From the NCBI GenBank assembly GCA_043808155.1, contig JAZDFD010000019.1:1-22691 (forward strand): 22,691 nucleotides of DNA, written 5' to 3'. The position numbers and the translations under genes are program-made. Position 1 is the first letter of the stretch. The number at the start of each line of letters is the position of its first letter. The notes under the pieces were generated by a model. The model had not been told where the DNA came from. It did no database searches and worked only from the letters and a program-made list of their open reading frames with translations. Source of the stretch: Candidatus Iainarchaeum sp. (lineage in GTDB: Archaea; Iainarchaeota; Iainarchaeia; Iainarchaeales; JAZDFD01). This document shows, piece by piece, positions 17,701 to 22,691 of the stretch.

Positions 17701-18320
17701 TCCGGAATGTTGTTTATGAAACCGACGCTGATATTGTCGCTCATGCCGTAAGAGTTTGTTACGCCGTCATTGCCGTGAATTCCCGCATTTGTCATTATGT
17801 TTGTGTCGCCGTCTGTTTTTGACTGGAAATTGAAGCCCCAATATATTATCACTGGAACAGGAGATGGGATTACATGAACATTTGTGTCAGATATATAATT
17901 ATCGGCATTAAGCTGGCAGGAGCCTACATCTGAAAGCCAAGTGCTTCCGTCCCAGGAGTAAAAGCAGTTGAGGTCGGAGGTGTTGTTCACAATTTTGCCA
18001 AACAGATTAGAAGTTACTGATGCCCAGTTTAAATCAACACTGCAGGTGCCGGATACCACGGTAACCCTGTACTTGAACTCAACCCTGAAATAGTTCACAT
18101 CATCATGAAGCCTTCTTGCACAATTTGTATCTGCAGTTGCATCAGAAGGGGATGATTCTGTGCATATTACTGGGCCGTTATTGGTAGTGTCATCCAAAGC
18201 ATCTATGTCCCTTATCCAGAATGTCGTGAATGTCATGGCATCACATGTGGCATAAACAAGGGGAACGAGAAAGAGGACTATATAGATTAGAATAATCAGT
18301 TGTTTAGTCAACTTTCCCAT
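14781..18320 (-). CDS. Large secreted surface protein: Ig-like repeats, Gly linker, two MopE-related Cys-rich repeats and a C-terminal prealbumin-like domain; 1179 aa
   Basis: Signal peptide ending …VPLVYA; SD AGGGGGA. Ig-type D(I/K/S)xAP starts (DINAPYTTSD, DKTAPTTTSD, DSTAPES). GSGGGGGGGSGG linker. EICDDELDNDCDGSVDEGC and ERCDGLDNNCDGRVDEDC. Confidence 0.88.
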   Translation of the reverse strand: MGKLTKQLIILIYIVLFLVPLVYATCDAMTFTTFWIRDIDALDDTTNNGPVICTESSPSDATADTNCARRLHDDVNYFRVEFKYRVTVVSGTCSVDLNWASVTSNLFGKIVNNTSDLNCFYSWDGSTWLSDVGSCQLNADNYISDTNVHVIPSPVPVIIYWGFNFQSKTDGDTNIMTNAGIHGNDGVTNSYGMSDNISVGFINNIPDANILTPTSNEQDVNGTHDVNIVFTDLDISTQAGDLNFGIWISDANGLYTTAVDTDINIMNPSEISCGGDYDFRDGSNCAYPWNTTLVNDGTYYMDLNVFDLTDTNSVSTTYSFEVDNAPSQPGYTYTGTLNSDFNFTISGCTNTGDQWRFIACASSPCNSDSADKLCETSNSGSAPTTCTGGSVTCDYVPTASLFATCCDDENHCSETETGTPTAINDKFTWDTLTPANNDSNASCEIDTFSITNVSSRCGESFTDANFGISDSTENLFCEDVVVNNGADANCYFDMTTIGNHTWDANLVATDFDTNFFSSRTFTVNNDTFSLTKWEPPTSATIPEGVLWDFNVTGVQNSCSTVVNDANVVFRDVTEDVNLCSDAVGHAGYYDCNNTAGPAPLNELEETWDFRIYKTGFDVYDSDDRTFTADINAPYTTSDANSGWQATDADVILTCDDANGVGCATTYYKLDTDSTSETSYPGSWSTYSSSVLISTDGNYGLQFYSTDLWGGTETAKTEYVLIDKTAPTTTSDISSSWQDTGTVLVTLTCADSQSGCSTIYYRKDSDSSNSTSFGGWTDGGGSPANTTFVGDGNWAIRYHGKDNVDNNGTTLEEYVLIDSTAPESLSISAPTNNDTLTSSTVTLEYSGSDSNSGIEIYYVQVDASGWVNNSTNTSYAFTSQTDGNHTYYVKAVDYADNNTTADVNVTLTLSGGTTPENPPQGSGGGGGGGSGGSSTECSFMEKRGCGLGVGVCTGEQNCKNGYWLECTAPNPGNEICDDELDNDCDGSVDEGCECSLGERKFCGTNEGECNQGTQDCVGGEWDTCRGEIKSESERCDGLDNNCDGRVDEDCQIQEDKFIELALDISFIGDTQYIRVTDPKTGKPAVGITVTITEPDGYAFTLTTDNEGRISFKTLKSGTHTIQINSGTFQTSTTFFTHDWLSWLLYNVNLVFGSYSESLYKQYEILDNFMLLRKLASSSAA

Positions 18321-18373
18321 GGGATCCCCCTTTGATAATTAAACTAAATTGCTAGCAGTAATAATTAGAATTA

Positions 18374-18385
18374 TTATTATATAAA
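18374..18385 (-). promoter_or_regulatory. Putative TATA box for the 14781-18320 gene
   Basis: TTTATATAATAA about 55 nt upstream of ATG 18320; identical to 4893-4904. Confidence 0.55.
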
Positions 18386-18430
18386 TCTATTGAAAATTAG
18401 GAAACACCAGGAAAAAACTAGAAAAATATT

Positions 18431-21400
18431 TTATCCTGTTTTTGTGAATGACCAAAGTTCAGAATAATTACTTTCTTTGATTCCTTTTACTGATTTAACC
18501 TGCCAGGTGTATTCTCCATTTGGTAAATTATTCCAACCTGGTTCATAAATTGTAAAATAGCTTTGGTCTGGCGGAAGCTGGAATTCTATTGGATTTGGGT
18601 TTCCGGGTATTGTTGCTTTTGCTTTGTAAAAATCTGCATTTTCAACATCATCCCAGTCAAATGTCACAGGCGCGTAATCGAGCTCTGCTCCATTAAACGG
18701 GGATAGCAAAACAGGTATTGTATCTTTTGTTAAATGCCATTCCTCGGAATAGGGGCTATTATGTGAACCCACAACAGATGCTACACTCCATTTGTATGTG
18801 CCATCATTTAAAATATTCCACAGATTTGAAGGTATTACATACTCTGTGCCTGCAATCTCCTGCTCAAATGGCATCCCGTTAAGCAGAATTATCTTTAATT
18901 TGTATTTTTCTGCACCTGTATTTTCCCATTCTGCAATAACAGGCTCACTTCTGTAAGCGTAAGTTGTTCCATCATACGGGAAAATTTGCACGGGAGTTGT
19001 GAGTTTTGTGAAATTCCATTCCTCGCTTGCTGGGCCTTCTTCAGCATTCACAACTGCATTCACTTTCCAGGTGTAGGTGCCGTCTTTTAATAAAGTCCAT
19101 TCTGTTGCTTCTAATAAATATTCACTTTCAATTGGGTTGAAGATGAATGTCCCATGTACGGGATGGGCGATTGTTAGTTTGTATTCATCTGCATAAGGAA
19201 CATCACTCCAATCAAAGTAAAGTGAATCAGCATCAAGATGTATGGAGTTATTTTCTGGGTGTAAAAGTTGAGGAGCGGTTATTGTAACTATTTCCCATGT
19301 TCCATTGTTGCATAATTCTGTTTTTAAATCATTATCTATGTCTCCTGAATATTCATTATCATAACATACAGAAGTGTAAACGCATTTGTCATTTGAAATA
19401 CAACATGCATCATCAGTAGAATCTGAAATGCATGCATCTGGTTCGCAATTGCGTATGGTTTTGAATTCGCTTGAATCATCTCCGCAACAAGTGGTTTCTG
19501 CAGTTTCTCCACCTAAGTTCCAGAAGTTTTCACCTTTGCATTCATTGCAGGTATTTTCTTCAGTATCTGCATCATAACTTTTTGAAGTACATGTATCATT
19601 CAAAGGGCATGCATCATCTGAATCCACGGGATAAAACTCTAGAAAGTGACAGGAGTTCTCCGAAGTTCCACAAGTGCCTTCACAGTGATCAGTTCCGGAA
19701 TCTCCATTCTCTGTCTCAAACTGACCACCAGAACACTCTGCTCTAACTCCTGCGTGGCAGCTTTTAGTGTATGTTGGGTCATCACCATTGTTTTCTGCAT
19801 CGTCATCTGTTGCCTCTTCTTCAAAACCATCCTCACACAAATATGACTTTGTATCATACGTCACGTTCCATGGGAAGTGTTCCCACAGCTTTGTGTCAGT
19901 TTCACAGTAATCAGAATAGGGATCCACACTGGAAATACATTGCCCTTCCGAACATGAATCAAAATCAGTTAAAATTCCAAAAAGTTTTGGAGCATCCCCT
20001 CCATCAGTATCAGTGCTTGTCTTTGTTGTGCAGTCTTCTACTAATTCGCCGCCAGTGCTTGTGCAGGTGTTTGTGTTTAAAATGACATAGAAATCCAAAT
20101 CACCATGAACCCCGTTTCCAACACACCATGTTGTACAGTCATCCTGCCAGTCACAATTTTGTGTATTGGCTACTTCAAATTGTTCGTTTCCGGAAGCATT
20201 GCAATAATAATCTTCATAATCTGAGTTTGAGTCTATTCCGCATCCAAATGTATTCCCTCCACCGTACCATCCATCTTCGGGTGGTTGTGCAATACAACAT
20301 CTGCTTGCGTTTGAAACTGAACCTTCGCAGTAGCCTGAAGAACATTCCTCATTTGAATCGCATGGCGCCCCAGGCTGTTTTTCATCTATAAGAACAATGA
20401 CTATTTCCTTGCTCTGATTCATATAAACGTATTCAGTAGCAGATTGGAATCCCTCAAGTTCTGCCTCAATTGTGTGAGGTGTGTGATAAATTTTAGAGCC
20501 ATCACCAAAGTGTACATATTCCTTCACAATTTGCGTCGGAATATAACCAAACATGTTTGTGGTTCCGAAGAACACCTGCCCGAAATCATTGGAAATTGTA
20601 ACATTTACATTCTTAATCGGAATGCCAAATTCATTCTCCAATTTTATATCCAAAAACCATTCAATAGTAATGCTTGATTCATCATCATCGAATCCTACTA
20701 GGGCTTTGTCAAAGGAAACATTTCTTAACGTGTTGAAAGAATTATAAGACCATACATCATAATTATTGTCAGCTATTGTGCCACCTTCAACAACATTCAT
20801 GTTGGAATCAAGAAAGCGTATGCCTTTTGATTCAGTTGAGAGCCCATAAATAAAGTTATTTCTTGCATCATTTTGTTCTACTTGATTAAATATAATTCCA
20901 CTAAAATCAGCAGTGTAAATATTATTGTCAAAGACATCATTGTATATTGAACCATATCTGACCACAAGTCCTCCGCCATTATTCGGGCAGTAAATGTGAT
21001 TTTCATAAATATCATTTTGCTGTGAATTTGATTCAACAGTTATTGATGCTGCAACAGTTGCGTCTCCTACATTATTGTCATAAATTTTATTATCATTAGA
21101 TTGGTACGCTCTTATGTTTGTACCATTGTTATAACTTATATTGTTGTAAATATCATGATTATCTGAATCTAAAACAACCTGAATCCCTGAAATCCAATTA
21201 TCATATGTTTTATTGTTGTAAATATTTGCAAAAGAAGAACTGCCCATTAGCTCTACCCCCGAAGCTTTATTTCCAAAACTGTTATTATCATGGATTATTA
21301 GATTTGAATTATCGTTACTGGCAAGAATCCCGCTCTGTTCATTGCCATATATTTTGTTATTGTTAATCTCTGTCCCTTCGGAATGAGATAAATAAACTCC

Positions 21401-22690
21401 GTGGTACTGAACATTGTCATAAATCTCATTATATTGAACATAGCTGTCGTGTGTCCTAAACATAGCCACTCCAATATTATTATCGTAAAGTTGATTGTTA
21501 GTAATGGTGTTATTTAAAGAAGAAGGAAAAAATGGATGGAACATCCCATTATCATTAAGATAAATTCCAGCCCAAAAATTGCTTATTTTGCAGTTCTTTA
21601 TAGTTGCGTTTTCAATCTCGTAAAGGTCAATGCCATTACTCGCATGATCAGTTCCTACAATTTGATGACCTGCACAATCCAAAGTAATTCCGGATGTTGT
21701 AATATCCATGCAATCATCGGGAGTGGATACATTCGCCTCTAAAGTAATGTCATTTTTCATCTCTCCGCAATTGTAGGGAGAAGCATAAGGGCAATTTATA
21801 TTGTGCCTTCCAAACGCCTGACATATTTCTTTGTAATTGGGAGTTAGGTTTGTTAAATCTCCATCATTATCGTCAAGTAGAAGAATTTCATTTAGATAAT
21901 TCTGGAAACTGTTAGGTTTTCCGTATTTTGCGAAATGAAATAAATAGTCTGCATATGTTTTGCCTGCGTCATAGCCGTTTTTATCAATAAAGTTCTCCCG
22001 CATATGCCAAAGGGCGCCGCTTAATACTTCGCTATGGCAATAGTAATTAATATCAGCATCACCACATTCAGTCGCAGGATATTTTCTTTCAGCATCCGCA
22101 GGTCTTAAATAAGCGTTAGGGTTGGAAATACTTATACCTTTTGCAATTTCTCTTCTGTTTGTCATTGTATTTGCAAGATAATCCGAAAATGCTTCATCCA
22201 TCTTATTAACAATTGGGAAGAAAATAGTATATTGAATTCTTGAAATCACATGGCCATATTCATGATAGACTACATCATTAAGAAATGCCATATTTGTACA
22301 CATATTGCCCCCGTCCATAAAAAAAGCTTCTAACCATGAAGCACAGGCATTGCATGGGCCACCACTATCACAATAGCTATAATCAGAAACATTTGTTGTT
22401 ACAGGAAAATGTTCCGGTAAAATAATTTGCCCATCTAATTCTTTTACATAATCGTGCAATACATTAACATGGTAATAAGCATTCCTCTCGCCCATGGAAG
22501 AATTTGAATTATCAAAATCTATCTGTTCAAAAGTTCCTGTTTCAGCAGCATCAGAATAGAGAGCATCATTTCCGTTGAAATCAAGTACATGCACATAACG
22601 CCCATTGAGAAACGCATTGATTGCAGTTTCCCCTTCAAATAATGTTTCAATGTCAAAGACCCCATATTCATCAGTGTAGTCTGTTCCAAA
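18431..22690 (-). CDS. Multidomain zinc metalloprotease (M4/M36-like gluzincin) with NosD-like right-handed beta-helix, Cys-rich region and three FN3/Ig-like repeats; 5'-truncated by the window
   Basis: Frame stays open to the window end (FGTDYTDEYGVFD…), so the GTG at 22594 is probably internal. NAYYH; DVVYHEYGH (HExxH at 22250-22264); MDEAFSD (third zinc ligand); H…SGALW. Many I.NN.IY.N…GI repeats. Three P.L..P.N…W…YTW.V…WxFTK-type repeats. Confidence 0.88.
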   Translation of the reverse strand, partial: FGTDYTDEYGVFDIETLFEGETAINAFLNGRYVHVLDFNGNDALYSDAAETGTFEQIDFDNSNSSMGERNAYYHVNVLHDYVKELDGQIILPEHFPVTTNVSDYSYCDSGGPCNACASWLEAFFMDGGNMCTNMAFLNDVVYHEYGHVISRIQYTIFFPIVNKMDEAFSDYLANTMTNRREIAKGISISNPNAYLRPADAERKYPATECGDADINYYCHSEVLSGALWHMRENFIDKNGYDAGKTYADYLFHFAKYGKPNSFQNYLNEILLLDDNDGDLTNLTPNYKEICQAFGRHNINCPYASPYNCGEMKNDITLEANVSTPDDCMDITTSGITLDCAGHQIVGTDHASNGIDLYEIENATIKNCKISNFWAGIYLNDNGMFHPFFPSSLNNTITNNQLYDNNIGVAMFRTHDSYVQYNEIYDNVQYHGVYLSHSEGTEINNNKIYGNEQSGILASNDNSNLIIHDNNSFGNKASGVELMGSSSFANIYNNKTYDNWISGIQVVLDSDNHDIYNNISYNNGTNIRAYQSNDNKIYDNNVGDATVAASITVESNSQQNDIYENHIYCPNNGGGLVVRYGSIYNDVFDNNIYTADFSGIIFNQVEQNDARNNFIYGLSTESKGIRFLDSNMNVVEGGTIADNNYDVWSYNSFNTLRNVSFDKALVGFDDDESSITIEWFLDIKLENEFGIPIKNVNVTISNDFGQVFFGTTNMFGYIPTQIVKEYVHFGDGSKIYHTPHTIEAELEGFQSATEYVYMNQSKEIVIVLIDEKQPGAPCDSNEECSSGYCEGSVSNASRCCIAQPPEDGWYGGGNTFGCGIDSNSDYEDYYCNASGNEQFEVANTQNCDWQDDCTTWCVGNGVHGDLDFYVILNTNTCTSTGGELVEDCTTKTSTDTDGGDAPKLFGILTDFDSCSEGQCISSVDPYSDYCETDTKLWEHFPWNVTYDTKSYLCEDGFEEEATDDDAENNGDDPTYTKSCHAGVRAECSGGQFETENGDSGTDHCEGTCGTSENSCHFLEFYPVDSDDACPLNDTCTSKSYDADTEENTCNECKGENFWNLGGETAETTCCGDDSSEFKTIRNCEPDACISDSTDDACCISNDKCVYTSVCYDNEYSGDIDNDLKTELCNNGTWEIVTITAPQLLHPENNSIHLDADSLYFDWSDVPYADEYKLTIAHPVHGTFIFNPIESEYLLEATEWTLLKDGTYTWKVNAVVNAEEGPASEEWNFTKLTTPVQIFPYDGTTYAYRSEPVIAEWENTGAEKYKLKIILLNGMPFEQEIAGTEYVIPSNLWNILNDGTYKWSVASVVGSHNSPYSEEWHLTKDTIPVLLSPFNGAELDYAPVTFDWDDVENADFYKAKATIPGNPNPIEFQLPPDQSYFTIYEPGWNNLPNGEYTWQVKSVKGIKESNYSELWSFTKTG

Positions 22691-22691
22691 A

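Noticed and set aside
3188-21742. Many 60-115-aa ORFs opposite or out of frame within the large - strand genes
   Set aside because: Fully nested in well-supported CDSs, with composition typical of antisense frames.
22592-22594. GTG as the start of the protease gene
   Set aside because: The frame is open to the window edge and no signal peptide follows this codon.

Overview
AT-rich archaeal DNA, judged from TATA-box promoters, GGTGA/GAGGT-type Shine-Dalgarno sites, an MNT-HEPN pair and an archaeal-style thioredoxin reductase. It most resembles a DPANN lineage, possibly Diapherotrites/Iainarchaeota (inference from protein style, not a database match). The window is mostly a cell-surface/secretome locus. 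(1) Two + strand multi-Ig surface proteins share an (S/T)GLF-TM-basic C-terminus. (2) A - strand array has three cassettes, each a small 'MDKK' membrane-anchored protein followed by a large, modular, Cys-rich secreted protein. The large proteins share an unnamed two-Cys domain; two also share a defensin-like Cys module and one has a NAGPA-like glycosidase domain. (3) A wHTH-MNT/HEPN module sits between two identical 92-bp copies of the 5' end of trxB, so it looks like a 1,157-bp excisable unit, with its own palindromic operator. (4) trxB has a non-canonical nucleotide-binding motif. (5) A 1,179-aa surface protein is strongly enriched in D-x-N tripeptides. (6) An M4/M36-like metalloprotease with beta-helix and FN3-like repeats runs off the window edge. 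No rRNA, tRNA, CRISPR array or transposase was recognised.
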